Positions 1 through 11,611 of a stretch of 64,000 nt of DNA are shown here, one piece after another. Below the pieces are notes generated by a model that made no database searches, was not told the origin of the DNA, and saw nothing but the letters and a program-made list of their open reading frames with translations. The stretch is from assembly GCF_902713615.1 (NCBI RefSeq), contig NC_052167.1, positions 16,217,983 through 16,281,982 of the forward strand, written 5' to 3'. A program made the position numbers and the translations under genes. Numbering within the stretch: the stretch's first letter is position 1; every line of letters starts with the position of its first letter. This DNA comes from Scyliorhinus canicula (Eukaryota).

Positions 1-255
1 GCATGAGGGAAAGTTTAGAGATGTGCGAGGCAAGTTTTTTACACTGAGGGTGGTGGGTGCCTAGAACTCGCTGCCGGAGGAAGTGGTGGAAGCAGGTACG
101 ATCGTGACGTTTAAGGGGCATTTTGACAAACACATGAATAGGATGGGAATAGAGGGATATGGTCCCCGGAAGGTTTTAGTTTAGGCTAGTATCATGATCG
201 GCGCAGGCTTGGAGGGCCGAAGGGCCTGTTCCTGTGCTGTACTATTCTCTCTGTT
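1..255 (+). mobile_element. CR1-clade LINE 3' end (ORF2 C-terminus and 3' UTR)
   Basis: Similar to the 3' end of the CR1 at 3520-5780; ends in the CR1-type tail gggccgaagggcctgttcctgtgctgtac. Confidence 0.85.
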
Positions 256-544
256 TAATCTCAGGAATCCAGACCAGCAATATACATCCTTTGTCCCAAC
301 TCAGAGGAAGAAGTGGGAATTATGTCCCCAAGCTGCTAGAACCTGTAATAGTGCCATGTGAAGCTAAAAGAGCAGCCTGCCATCTCGCATCAACCAAACA
401 AGCAGCAGAACCCGAGCTCTGACCAGGTTTAAAGCCGCTGGCCCTAATCTACATGGTGTGGAGGAGAAGCTCTAAATCAGTGCCTATGATCAGACTAATT
501 CATCTCGATGGGCTACTCCTATCGTAGACCTTAGCGCTACTAGA

Positions 545-1120
545 AAAGTGGATTACCCTGCATCACCTTCAGCCAGATGGAGTGGCATTCATGGGGGTCC
601 CCAAGTGAATCAGAGGCCCCCCAGTTGCATGCCCTTTGGGACTGCTGGTGCCTCCTGGGTATTCTTGCAATGCCAGCCTGCCACCCTGGCAATGCCACCT
701 GGGTGCAGGCCTGGCACTGCCTTGGTGCCCAGATGGCACTTGCACTTGGCACGGGTACTTCCAGCATGCCAGACTGGCATTTTTTACACGTGCGATTGGG
801 CTTGTGTTGCCCACTTGGGTGCTAGACGATCTCCCATGTTGCATTCAGGCTGCGGTGGGGGGGGGGGGAGCCGGGGATGTTTTTGGGGGTCTATGAGGCC
901 ATATAAAAATGACATCCCAAATACTTGCTACAACGAGGAGTGAGCTGAACGCCCCGCTGTAAAAAATGGGGCTATATGTGGCCGTGCGATCCCCGTTTAG
1001 GCCCCTTATTCGAAGCGAGTCGCGTTGAATGCCACGTCTTTCTCAGCACTGCGGGCACCAGGAAACACACGGCTAAACTCGCTCGTTCAGGGACTTTTCC
1101 CTTCTAGGAAGATCGCGCTC
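545..1120. mobile_element. Degraded GC-rich non-autonomous DNA transposon fragment (Harbinger-type MITE-like)
   Basis: TGCC/GGCA-rich interior; right end gaagatcgcgctc resembles the terminus gagaatcgtgccc of the MITE at 18426-19383. Left end not defined. Confidence 0.45.
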
Positions 1121-1780
1121 TATGATTCTATCAACATTTTATTTGCGGTTTTCTAAGTTTGCAAGGACTCCCGGCCTGTCTTCTGTAAATTCTCTGACCC
1201 TGTCAAACCTGACTCTCGAAAAGGAAAAATGGCTATTCACAGGAAAGAACATTAGGACAGGAATTAGCCATTCAGTCCCTCGAGTTTGTTCTGCTATTTT
1301 CTATTAGACGGGCTAATTTAACCCTTGACTCTGTTTCCATGTCTTTGCTCCACAGCTTTTGACACCTTATACTACATGAATGGGTCAATCTCAATCTTGT
1401 AAATTGTTGTTCACTCAGCATTTCCTCAGCCATCTGGCGAACAGGATTCCAAATTTCCACTCCCCTCTGTGTCAATAAAATGCTGCCTAATTTCACTCCT
1501 AAATGGCCTCGGGCTAGTTTTGAGCTTTGTTCTTGGGTCGCTACCAGGGGAATTTGATTCGCTGCCTCTTGCCCTAAAATGTTCTCACCGCACATCCTCC
1601 TTCGCCGACGCCTAGTTCACCATTAGCCAAAACTGAAAAACTAATGTCGTCTTTAACAATTTTCAATGCCTATGTATCAGGATGGAGGAAAGTCCACATT
1701 CTGAAAGAATATTTGATTCTCATGTATCTCGGGTGTTGGTGTTTGGGGGGGGGGGGGGGATCTGAAGTTAGTTCCTTTTC

Positions 1781-2128
1781 ATAGAATTTACAGTGCAGAA
1801 GGAGGCCATTCAGCCCATCGAGTCTGCACCGGCTCCAGGAAAGAGCACCCTACCCGAGGTCAACACCTCCACCCCATCCCCATAACCCAGTAACCCCACC
1901 CAACACTAAGGGCAATTTTGGACACTAAGGGCAATTTTGGACACTACGGGCAATTTATCATGGCCAATCCACCTAACCTGCACATCTTTGGACTGTGGGA
2001 GGAAACCGGAGCACCCGGAGGAAACCCACGCACACACGGGGAGGATGTGCAGACAGTGACCCAAGCCGGAATCGAATCTGGGACCCTGGAGCTGTGAAGC
2101 AATTGTGCTATCCACAATGCTACCGTGC
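1781..2128 (-). mobile_element. tRNA-derived V-SINE (HE1-like) with CR1-type tail
   Basis: tRNA-like head with A/B boxes, core ggaggaaaccggagcacccggaggaaaccc, tail ...ctgtaaattctat; 20-bp internal duplication at ~1910-1955. Confidence 0.9.
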
Positions 2129-2964
2129 TTTTGTACAACTCTTACCTCTGTATTTTTCTTACTATTCAGTTTTTCTCACATTTTCCCCTTTATTCGACAT
2201 TCAAACCCACGGATGGGAGAGGAAAATAGACTGGGGTATACGGTACTCCATCATGTCTATCATTGCTGCCCTGCCATTGGGCAGTGGTAATAGTAATTAA
2301 AGCAAAATGACATAGAATCCATCTGCTTTTCCCATTTCCTGCCGTGAAGATCAATGAGGACATTAACCTATGTCCTTATGTCTAGACCCTCTGCCTGAGC
2401 AAAACTCTGCCAGTAATTAATGGAATGAACTATTACTATCAGATTACTTTTACATGCAGCTTTTATCTCAAAAATGTTAATTATTGTGTGAATCAGTGCA
2501 CAGACTTATGTTGTTGACTGTTATCCTATAAGTGTCTACTGTTGGAAATGGCAGTCTCGTACCTGAAGTTACTCTCGTTACAGATATTAATTCTCTTGAT
2601 CTGTAACAGAACATGTACCCAGACATGAAGATTTTCAGTAAAGGGCAAAACCATAGACGTGTTTGAATGACAAATCTATACTGTGTTCCACAAGGGTTCA
2701 CCTTAACCCAATCTTCAGAGAAGTGCCTTTAACCGCCATCATTGTATGAAGCCTTTCATTTCTTAAAGTACCAATCCTTCTGGGAATTTTGTCACACTTC
2801 AGTGCTCACTAGGCCGACACACTTATGCAATCCTGAACGATTACTGTAATGGTCGAGGGTGTCACCTTTTGGGAGAAATGTCAAACTGAGGCCCTCTCTC
2901 AGGAGGAGCAGGACATTTCTCAGGTGTCCTGCCATCTATCTCTGAGCTAACACCTACAATGGAA

Positions 2965-3515
2965 TAATTTCCAACAAAGAATCATATTGGACTTGAAACG
3001 TTAACTCTGTCTCTCTCAGGGCGGCATGCGGCGCAGTGGTTAGCACTGCTGCCTTACGGTGCCAAGGACCCGGGTTCAATTCTTTCTTTTCAATAAATTT
3101 TGAGTACCCGATTTTCTTTTTCAATTAGGGGCAATTTAGCGTGGCCAATCCACCTACCCTCACATCTCCTTGGGTTGTGGGGGTGAGACCCACGCAGACA
3201 TGAGGAGAATGTACAAACTCCACCCGGACAGTGACCCGGGGCCGGAATCGAACCCGGGTCCTCGGCGCCGTGATGCAACAGTGCTAACCACTGCGTCGCC
3301 GTGCTGCACTCCCGGGTTCGATCCCCGTGTCTGCGTGGGTCTCACCCCCACAACCCAAAGATGTGCAGGGTAGGGGAATTAGCCATGCTAAATTGCCCCT
3401 TAATTGGAAAAAAAACTCTGTTTCTCTCTCCACAGATGCTGACAGACCTGTTCAGTTTTACCAGCAGTTTAAATTTTTATTTTCGTTCTCCAGCACCTGC
3501 AGTATCTTGCTTTTA
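2965..3515 (+). mobile_element. Penelope-type repeat interrupted by a SINE (3018-3415, +) that itself contains an inverted SINE (3081-3310, -)
   Basis: Host resembles 36895-36990 and 56299-56403. Outer SINE TSD aactctgt(c/t)tctctc at 3003-3017/3414-3428; inner SINE TSD cccgggttc(a/g)at. Confidence 0.75.
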
Positions 3516-3519
3516 TTAA

Positions 3520-5780
3520 CATTGTTCAAGGAACAGGTACTGCGTGTCTTTGATATGTATGTCCCTGTCAGGCAGGGAAGAGATGGTCGAGTGAGGGAAC
3601 CATGGTTGACAAGAGAGGTTGAATGTCTTGTTAAGAGGAAGAAGGAGGTTCAGACAGGGCGCTGGAGGGATACAAGATAGCCAGGAGGGAACTGAAGAAA
3701 GGGATTAGGAGAGCTAAGAGAGGGCATGAAAAATCTTTGGCAGGTAGGATCAAGGAAAACCCCAAGGCCTTTTACACATATGTGAGAAATATGAGAATGA
3801 CTAGAGCGAGGGTAGGTCCGATCAAGGACAGTAGCGGGAGATTGTGTATTGAGTCTGAAGAGATAGGAGAGGTCTTGAACAAGTATTTTTCTTCAGTATT
3901 TACAAACGAGAGGGCCCATATTGTTGGAGAGGACAGTGTGAAACAGACTGATAAACTCGAGGAGATACTTGTCAGGAAGGAAGATGTGTTGCGCGTTTTG
4001 AAAAACTTGAGGATAGACAAGTCCCCCGGGCCTGACGGGATATATCCAAGGATTCTATGGGAAGCAAGAAATGAAATTGCAGAGCCGTTGGCAATGATCT
4101 TTTCATCCTCGCTGTCAACAGGGGTGGTACCAGAGGATTGGAGAGTGGCGAATGCCGTGCCCCTGTTCAAGAAAGGGAATAGGGATAACCCTGGGAATTA
4201 CAGGCCAGTTAGTCTTACTTCGGTGGTAGGCAAAGTAATGGAAAGGGTACTGAGGGATAGGATTTCTGAGCATCTGGAAAGGCACTGCTTAATTAGGGAT
4301 AGTCAGCACGGATTTGTGAGGGGTAGGTCTTGCCTTACAAGTCTTATTGACTTCTTTGAGGAGGTAACCAAGCATATGGATGAAGGTAAAGCAGTGGATG
4401 TAGTGTACATGGATTTTAGTAAGGCATTTGATAAGGTTCCCCATTGTAGGCTTGTGCAGAATGTAAGGAGACATGGGATAGTGGGAAATTTGGCCAGTTG
4501 GATAACAAACTGGCTAACCGATAGAAGACAGAGAGTGGTGGTGGATGGCAAATATTCAGCCTGGAGCCCAGTTATCAGTGGCGTACCGCAGGGATCAGTT
4601 CTGGGTCCTCTGCTGTTTGTAATTTTCATTAACGACTTGGATGAGGGAGTTGAAGGGTGGGTCAGTAAATTTGCAGATGATACGAAGATTGGTGGAGTTG
4701 TGGATAGTGAGGAGGGCTGTTGTCGGCTTCAAAGAGACATAGATAGAATGCAGAGTTGGGCTGAGAAGTGGCAGATGGAGTTTAACCCTGACAAATGTGA
4801 GGTTGTCCATTTTGGAAGGCCAAATATGAATGCGGAATACAGGGTTAACGTTAGGGTTCTTGGCAATGTGGAGGAGCAGAGAGATATTGGGGTCTATGTT
4901 CATAGATCTTTGAAAGTTGCCACTCAAGTGGATAGAGCTGTGAAGAAGGCCTATGGTGTGCTAGCATTCATTAGCAGAGGGATTGAATTTAAGAGCCGTG
5001 AGGTGATGATGCAGCTGTACAAAACCTTGGTCAGGCCACATTTGGAGTACTGTGTGCAGTTCTGGTCACCTCATTTTAGGAAGGATGTGGAAGCTTTGGA
5101 AAAGGTGCAAAAGAGATTTACCAGGATGTTGCCTGGAATGGAGAGTAGGTCATACGAGGAAAGGTTGAGGGTGCTAGACCTTTTCTCATTAGAACGGAGA
5201 AGGATGAGGGGCGACTTGATAGAGGTTTATAAGATGATTAGGGGAATAGATAGAGTAGACAGTCAGAGACTTTTTCCCCGGGTGGAACACACCATTACAA
5301 GGGGACATAAATTTAAGATAAATGGTGGAAGATATAGAGGGGGTGTCAGAGGTAGGTTCTTTACCCAGAGAGTAGTGGGGGCATGGAATGCACTGCCTGT
5401 GGAAGTAGTTGAGTCGGAAACGTTAAGGACCTTCAAGCGGCTATTGGATAGGTACATGGATTAGGGTAGAATAATGGAGTGTAGGTTAACTTCTTAAGGG
5501 CAGCACGGTAGCATTGTGGATAGCACAATTGCTTCACAGCTCCAGGGTCCCAAGTTCGGTTTCAACTTGGGTCACTGTCTGTGTGGAGTCTGCACATCCT
5601 CCACGTGTGTGCGTGAGTTTCCTCCGGGTACTCCGGTTTCCTCCCACAGTCCAAAGATGTGCAGGTTGGGTGGATTGGCCATGAAAAATTGTCCAAAATT
5701 CTATGATTAACCTAGGACAAAAGTTCGGCGCAACATCGTGGACCGAAGGGCCTGGTTCTGTGCTGTATTTCTCTATCTAT
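3520..5780 (+). mobile_element. 5'-truncated CR1-clade LINE with open RT region
   Basis: ORF 3737-5464 has RT motifs; CR1 3' tail at 5720-5780; SINE embedded in the 3' UTR at 5498-5706. Confidence 0.95.
3737..5464 (+). CDS. CR1 ORF2 fragment (reverse transcriptase and C-terminal domain; no endonuclease)
   Basis: 575-aa open frame with KSPGPDGI, NYRPVSLTS, QHGF, YMDFSKAFDKV, GVPQGSVLGP, KFADD, RPHLEYCVQFWSP. The start is an artefact of 5' truncation. Confidence 0.9.
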   Translation: MAGRIKENPKAFYTYVRNMRMTRARVGPIKDSSGRLCIESEEIGEVLNKYFSSVFTNERAHIVGEDSVKQTDKLEEILVRKEDVLRVLKNLRIDKSPGPDGIYPRILWEARNEIAEPLAMIFSSSLSTGVVPEDWRVANAVPLFKKGNRDNPGNYRPVSLTSVVGKVMERVLRDRISEHLERHCLIRDSQHGFVRGRSCLTSLIDFFEEVTKHMDEGKAVDVVYMDFSKAFDKVPHCRLVQNVRRHGIVGNLASWITNWLTDRRQRVVVDGKYSAWSPVISGVPQGSVLGPLLFVIFINDLDEGVEGWVSKFADDTKIGGVVDSEEGCCRLQRDIDRMQSWAEKWQMEFNPDKCEVVHFGRPNMNAEYRVNVRVLGNVEEQRDIGVYVHRSLKVATQVDRAVKKAYGVLAFISRGIEFKSREVMMQLYKTLVRPHLEYCVQFWSPHFRKDVEALEKVQKRFTRMLPGMESRSYEERLRVLDLFSLERRRMRGDLIEVYKMIRGIDRVDSQRLFPRVEHTITRGHKFKINGGRYRGGVRGRFFTQRVVGAWNALPVEVVESETLRTFKRLLDRYMD

Positions 5781-6359
5781 TGAACGGATGAGCTGGCCAT
5801 TTACCTCACTATCATTTTTGGGAGCTCACTGTGTGCATATTAACGGTAGTGTTTCCGACATTTCAACAGTTCAAAAAATGCATTGGCTGTAAAGTACTTT
5901 GGGACATTGCAAAAGATTTATAATATGTAAATGCAAGACTTCTTTCAGAAAGTAAGTCACAGCATTGTATCAATTTATGGGCATCTTAGTAGCTAAGACC
6001 GCCCCCTTTCTGGGCCTGCGCTAAGTTTGGTTATCTGAGTAGGTGCTGTGGAGGTCTACAACTGCCTTCTATTTATTGCATATGCAACATTAGAAGCCAG
6101 ATCAAAGACAGAGTAAATGTAATTGTGGCCAATTATAGAATTCTCCCCCTGACTTTAATCCCCAGATGCATAAAAATAAACCCACATTAAGAAAGCAATG
6201 TGGATTTCTCCAGGTCTTTCTGTTGAATAAGGTTTCAGCAAAGTTTAAAAATAGTCAAAGAATAACTTGTGGAAATCATAACAGTTATTTGTTTGTGATC
6301 AAAATTTATTAGGTTAAATATTTTGCTTACATTAGTCACTTTCTTTGTGATGTATGAAT

Positions 6360-6695
6360 GAAGAGTTAGTCATATGAGGAACGGTTGAGGACTCTGGGTC
6401 TGTACTTGTTGTTCAGAAGGATGAGGGGGGTCTCATTGAAACTTACAGAATACTGAGACGCCTAGATAGATTGGACGTAGAGAGGATGTTTCCACTAGTA
6501 GGAAAAACTAGAGCCCGAGGGCACAGCCTCAGACTGAAGGGACGATCCTTTAAAACTGAGATGAGGAGGAATTTCTTCAGCCAGAGGTTGGTGAATCTGT
6601 GGAACTCTTTGCCACAGAAGGCTGTGGAGGCCAAGCCGTGGATGGCAGAGCAGACTCAATGGGCCAAATGGTCTAATTCTGCTCTTATGTCTTAA
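6360..6695 (+). mobile_element. Old CR1 3' fragment
   Basis: Translates to ERMFPLVGKTRARGHSLRL...RNFFSQRLVNLWNSLP, the CR1 ORF2 C-terminus. Confidence 0.8.
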
Positions 6696-7845
6696 GGTTT
6701 TTGAGGCACTCTCAATTACGACACGAAAGTTAGGTCAGTAATCAAAGGCTTTAATAAGCAGTGAACAATGGCAGCCACCATGAGAAGTGTGCTCGCAAAA
6801 TGGAGTCTCATCTTAAGTACTGTTTCCCGGGGGGCGTAGCCAGAGGCGGAGTCCCCCAGGGTTCCAAGCCTCTTAAAGGGGCAATGTATTCCGATCATCA
6901 CAAGCCTCTTAAAGGGGCAAGGTATTCCGATCATCACAGTTTTATGATATTGAGGGTAGTTAAATGACTGCCTAAAGTTACTGAGACATGGGAGGAATTT
7001 TATTTCTGACCACGGGTATATCTTTTATTTGTTTGTAACTCAGGACATTAACCTCCACGTTACTTCTTCAACGATCAGGTGTTGACAGTGATATTAGGAC
7101 ATCCAGGCAGATGTGAATTTGCATTCTAATGCCTTGTGACAGTCCATCATGGCACTGAGCCATGGGCCACTCAGCATTTACCAACTTATTTAATTCATTC
7201 GTTTTTGTGGGTCATGCTGGGTACATGTTTTTGCAGCCATGGTTGACCATATGTATCACAGAATCCCTGCAGTGCAGAAGGAGGCCATTTGGCCCATCGA
7301 GTCTGCACCGACACTTCAAAAGAGCGACCTACCGAGGCCCACTCCCCTGCCCTATCCCCGTAACCCCCACCTAACCTGGACACCAAGGGGAAATTTAGCA
7401 TGGTCAACCCACCTAACCTAGAAAGTAAAAGTAAAGCAAAATTGCCGAAGCCCCAAATGACCATGGGCTGCTTTTCCCCTGTGAGCGGGGCGAGCTGATT
7501 GGTGGTGATTTAACCTGAGGGTCACCACACCTCGGGCGAGGGGCAAGGTTGAGAATAACCGCAGCCTAACCTATAACAATGAATACCTGACTCATTGACT
7601 GATAAGAGGTTTGAGACGGGGTAACAAAGATCGGTCTTTGGCCAAGGTTAGGAAAATCAACCACATTTAGCTTTCTAGCCGCTGAACGTCAAACATTTGT
7701 TCCACTAAAACGCAAATACCAGCTTCTCAAGTGTAGAATCATTTCTGTCAGCAGGTTTATCGAATCCCTACAGTGCAAAAGGAGCTGAGCTGACAAGAAC
7801 ATGGTCTCGAACCCCCATTAACAGAGAAGTCATTTATGAACTTAC

Positions 7846-8070
7846 CGTCTTTGCTTCCTATGTCAGGCTGTGAATGTGGTTTTGCCGGCTCCTCTTCCTT
7901 ACTCTGTTCCCCAGTTAAGAAGCGATACAGTGTGCACTCCCTCCCCTCTCAGTTTACTGGGTGAAACATGTGACACCGTGTCTGAGTGCGATGTCCCCCT
8001 CCAACCCACACAAAGGGTCTCGAGTTACGGCCAGATGTCAGCCTGGGTTACTGCCAGGATGCAGGAGGTG
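7846..8070 (-). other. Candidate non-coding first exon of a further minus-strand gene left of the window (by synteny another DUSP13/DUSP29-family gene)
   Basis: Non-repeat sequence ending in a strong donor ACG|GTAAGT (GT at 7845-7844), preceded by TATAAG at 8104-8099. No coding exon for it was found in 1-7800. TSS is approximate. Confidence 0.4.
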
Positions 8071-8098
8071 GGACTAACGGCTGGTTAAACCAGGCCAG

Positions 8099-8105
8099 CT
8101 TATAG
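8099..8105 (-). promoter_or_regulatory. Candidate TATA box (CTATAAG)
   Basis: About 255 nt upstream of the donor at 7845; motif only. Confidence 0.3.
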
Positions 8106-8872
8106 TAGGGGGAAGGCACCTTTGAAGAGATGCAATGGAAAGAATTGTTAAAAGTCCGCAAAATTAGAAGACGGGGAGAGAAAAAGATGTTTTGGGAAAT
8201 CTTCCTTTTTGAATCCGAGAACGAAGAGTCATCATATTGAAATTACAAAGAACTGATAGGAGAATGATTTGCTCTCTTCTCTTACACTGTAAGTTGCAAA
8301 CAACATTTTTAAAGTATCAAATATTATAGAAGGCACAGAATATTCCAAAAGAAGTGAGCCAGGGAAAATCCTGGAGTAAGCTGGGAATTCCATAAATAAT
8401 CCATAAATATGGTCATTCAGTCAGAATGATAATAATAATAATCTTTATTAGTATCACACGTAGACTTATATTAACACTGCAATGAAGTTACTGTGAAAAT
8501 CCTCCAGTGCCTGTTCGGGTACACAGAGGGAGAATTCAGAATGTCCAATTCCCCTAACAAGCACTTCTTTCGGGACTTGTGGGAGGAAACCGGAGCACCC
8601 GGAGGAAACCCACACAGATAACTATCCAAACAGAGCAATTAACCTCCACAATATTCTGACATATTCTTTAATGTTGCAATGTTATTACACACTGAATCAT
8701 TCGCAACAAATTGTGCTTTCATTTTGATGGTTCCCAAAAGAAAACGGCCAACTATTTCCTTATCTCAGCCGTAGGTTTGGAGGAGAGCATTTCCCAATAG
8801 AAGTAATCAGACAAATTGCCCCCAGGGACTGCTGTCAAATATCACTTTGAATAGAATGCAAACGTTGCCCAC

Positions 8873-8878
8873 TTTATT
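8873..8878 (-). terminator. Candidate poly(A) signal of the DUSP paralog
   Basis: First minus-strand AATAAA I found after the stop at 9495 (~620 nt downstream). Confidence 0.35.
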
Positions 8879-9154
8879 TCACCATTCGCGGGACTTTGCC
8901 AGGAATCCTCTGGTGTGTCCTCGGGGATGGGGATAGGTGCAGTCATATCCGAGAAATGGGCATTTACAAATACTAGAAAGAGCTGGATAGATGGAAAGGA
9001 CTCTCTGCTCCGATGGCAGGGCAAGTCGGCAGTGCAGAGAGATGCAGAGCATAGTTTTGAAGTAACTGCAATCTCCCTGAAAGGATTGTAATATTTTTAA
9101 TAACGAATGCCATCAGGCCGTCATTGCCCCACCCTGCAGTTGGGAAACATTTAG

Positions 9155-9447
9155 GGGTGGCACAATCATTAGCACTGCTGCCTCACAGCGCCAGGGACCC
9201 GGGTTCGATTCCGACCTCGGGTGACTGTGTGGAGTCTGCACGTTCTCCCCGTGTGTGCGTGGGTTTCCTCCGGGTGCTCCGGTTTCCTCCCACAGTCCAA
9301 AGATGTGCGGATTAGGTGGATTGGGTGTGCTAAATTGCCCCTTAGGGTGGGATTGCAGGAATAGGGTGGGGATTGGGCTTAGGTTGGATGGTCTTTCGAA
9401 GGGTCGGTGCAGATCTGACAGGCTGAAATGCACTGAAGGGATTTGAT
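9155..9447 (+). mobile_element. V-SINE in the putative 3' UTR of the DUSP paralog
   Basis: A/B boxes, V-SINE core, CR1-type tail. Confidence 0.85.
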
Positions 9448-9494
9448 GATCTACGAAATCCTTCGGCAAAAGGCAACAACGCTGCACCCATCGG

Positions 9495-9727
9495 TTACCC
9501 CTCAGCAATCTGAGCACCTTTTATGGACTGGAGTCTCTTCTCTTCATTTAACTTTATGTCCAACTGGCGTAACTGTTGCAGGAAACCCCAGTTGGGTGAA
9601 ACAGGTCTGTATAAAATGAGCCGGTTTACTGCATCGAGCAGGCGCCGGTTGTGATAAATCATAAGATAGGCCAGTACCAGCGAGGCTGAACGGCTCATGC
9701 CAAGAATGCAGTGCACCAGTAACTTTG
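9495..9727 (-). pseudogene. DUSP paralog exon 3 (catalytic loop)
   Basis: Acceptor ctttctcttgcag|CA; AKLLVHCILGMSRSASLVLAYLM...RPVSPNWGFLQQLRQLD; stop TAA at 9497-9495. Confidence 0.9.
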
Positions 9728-9777
9728 CTGCAAGAGAAAGATAATAATAATAATGGCTGTGAGTTTGGATTCTACAA

Positions 9778-11085
9778 CTACAGACAATCAGACTACAGGC
9801 AATCAGACTATAGGCAATCAGCCTACAGACAATCAGACTACAGGCAATCAGCCACAGACAGCCTACAGGCAATCAGACTACAGGCAATCAGTCTGCAGGC
9901 AATCAGCCTACAGACAATCAGCCTACAGGCAATCAGCCACAGACAGCCTACAGGCAATCAGACTACAGGCAATCAGTCTGCAGGCAATCAGCCTACAGAC
10001 AATCAGCCTACAGGCAATCCGCCTACAGGCAATCCGCCTACAGGCAATCAGCCTAGAGAAAGATAATAATAATAATGGCTGTGAGTTTGGATTCTACAAC
10101 TACAGACAATCAGACTACAGGCAATCAGACTATAGGCAATCAGCCTACAGACAATCAGACTACAGGCAATCAGCCACAGACAGCCTACAGGCAATCAGAC
10201 TACAGGCAATCAGTCTGCAGGCAATCAGCCTACAGACAATCAGCCTACAGGCAATCAGCCACAGACAGCCTACAGGCAATCAGACTACAGGCAATCAGTC
10301 TGCAGGCAATCAGCCTACAGACAATCAGCCTACAGGCAATCCGCCTACAGGCAATCCGCCTACAGGCAATCAGCCTACAGGCAATCAGCCTACAAGAAAT
10401 CAGCCTACAGGTAATCAGACTTTAGGCAATCAGCCTACAGGCAATCAGACTACAGGCAATCAGCCTACAGGCAATCAGCCTACAGACAATCAGCCTACAG
10501 GCAATCAGACTACAGGCAATCAGTCTGCAGGCAATCAGCCTACAGACAATCAGCCTACAGGCAATCCGCCTACAGGCAATCAGCCTACAGGCAATCAGCC
10601 TACAAGCAATCAGCCTACAGGTAATCAGACATTAGGCAATCAGCCTACAAGCAATCAGACTACAGGCAATCAGCCTACAGGCAATCAGCCTACAGGAAAT
10701 CAGCCTACAGGCAATCAGACTACAGGCAATCAGACTACAAGCAAGCAGACTACAGGCAATCAGGCTGCAGGCAATCAGCCTACAGGAAATCAGCCTGCAG
10801 GCAGTCAGACTACAGGCAATCAGACTACAAGCAATCAGACTACAGGCAAGCACACTATAGACAATCAGACTACAAGCAAGCAGACAACAGGCAGCCTACA
10901 GGCAATCGGCCTACTAGCAATAAGACTACAGGAAATCAGCCTACAGGCAATAAGACCAGGAAATCAGACTATAAACAATCAGACTACAGGCAATCAGACT
11001 ACAGGCAATCAGACTATAAGCAATCAGACTACAGGCAATCAGACTGCAGGCAATCAGACTACAGGCAACCATACTACAGACCATC
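9778..11085. repeat. 15-bp minisatellite (caggcaatcag[a/c]cta)n including a 322-bp higher-order duplication
   Basis: Dozens of near-identical 15-mers; the block starting at 9733 recurs at 10055. Confidence 0.95.
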
Positions 11086-11119
11086 AGAATCAAGTCACAT
11101 AAATATTGCATTCTAAATG

Positions 11120-11430
11120 AGATGAATGAGAGGTGATCTTCTAGAAACATGCAAGATCCTGGAGGATTTGATAGGTTGGTCACCAGGAGGATGTTTCCTC
11201 TTGTGCGAGCGACCAGAACCAGGCGATACAGTTTGACCCAGAGGGCCGTCGTCTGAGACGGAGATGAGGAGACAATTTTTCTCTCAGAGGATCATTAGTC
11301 TGTGGAGTTCTGTTCCCCAGAGGGCAGTGGAGGCTGGCTCATTGAATTGATTTAAGGCTGAGTTAGATATTTAATAGCCAAGGGAGTCGAGGGGTATGGG
11401 GGGAACCGACAAGAAAATCATAGAATCATA
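11120..11430 (+). mobile_element. Old CR1 3' fragment
   Basis: gagatgaggagacaattttt...gtggaggctgg similarity to the other CR1 3' ends in the window. Confidence 0.65.
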
Positions 11431-11611
11431 GAGATATTGACCAGAATAACTAGCAGACATCAACATTAACCTGGAATTTTCTGGTTTGTGCTAATTCAAC
11501 TCCCTCAACAGCCAATGGATATTAGAGGTTGTCATAATTCCTTGTGACTGACCTTTAAAAAGGCTGCTGATTGTGGAATAATATTGAGATACCCAACCCG
11601 ATGCCAAGTTA

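Noticed and set aside
1906-2300. Recurrent short ORFs such as MDSTIASQLQGPRFDSG and apparent tRNA genes
   Set aside because: Translations of SINE copies; the heads have A/B boxes but no complete cloverleaf.
9778-11085. CRISPR-like array
   Set aside because: Contiguous tandem units without unique spacers, in a vertebrate context.
9753-11102. 449-aa ORF as a mucin-like or antifreeze-like gene
   Set aside because: It coincides with the minisatellite, lies antisense in an intron and changes repeat register; no independent gene evidence.
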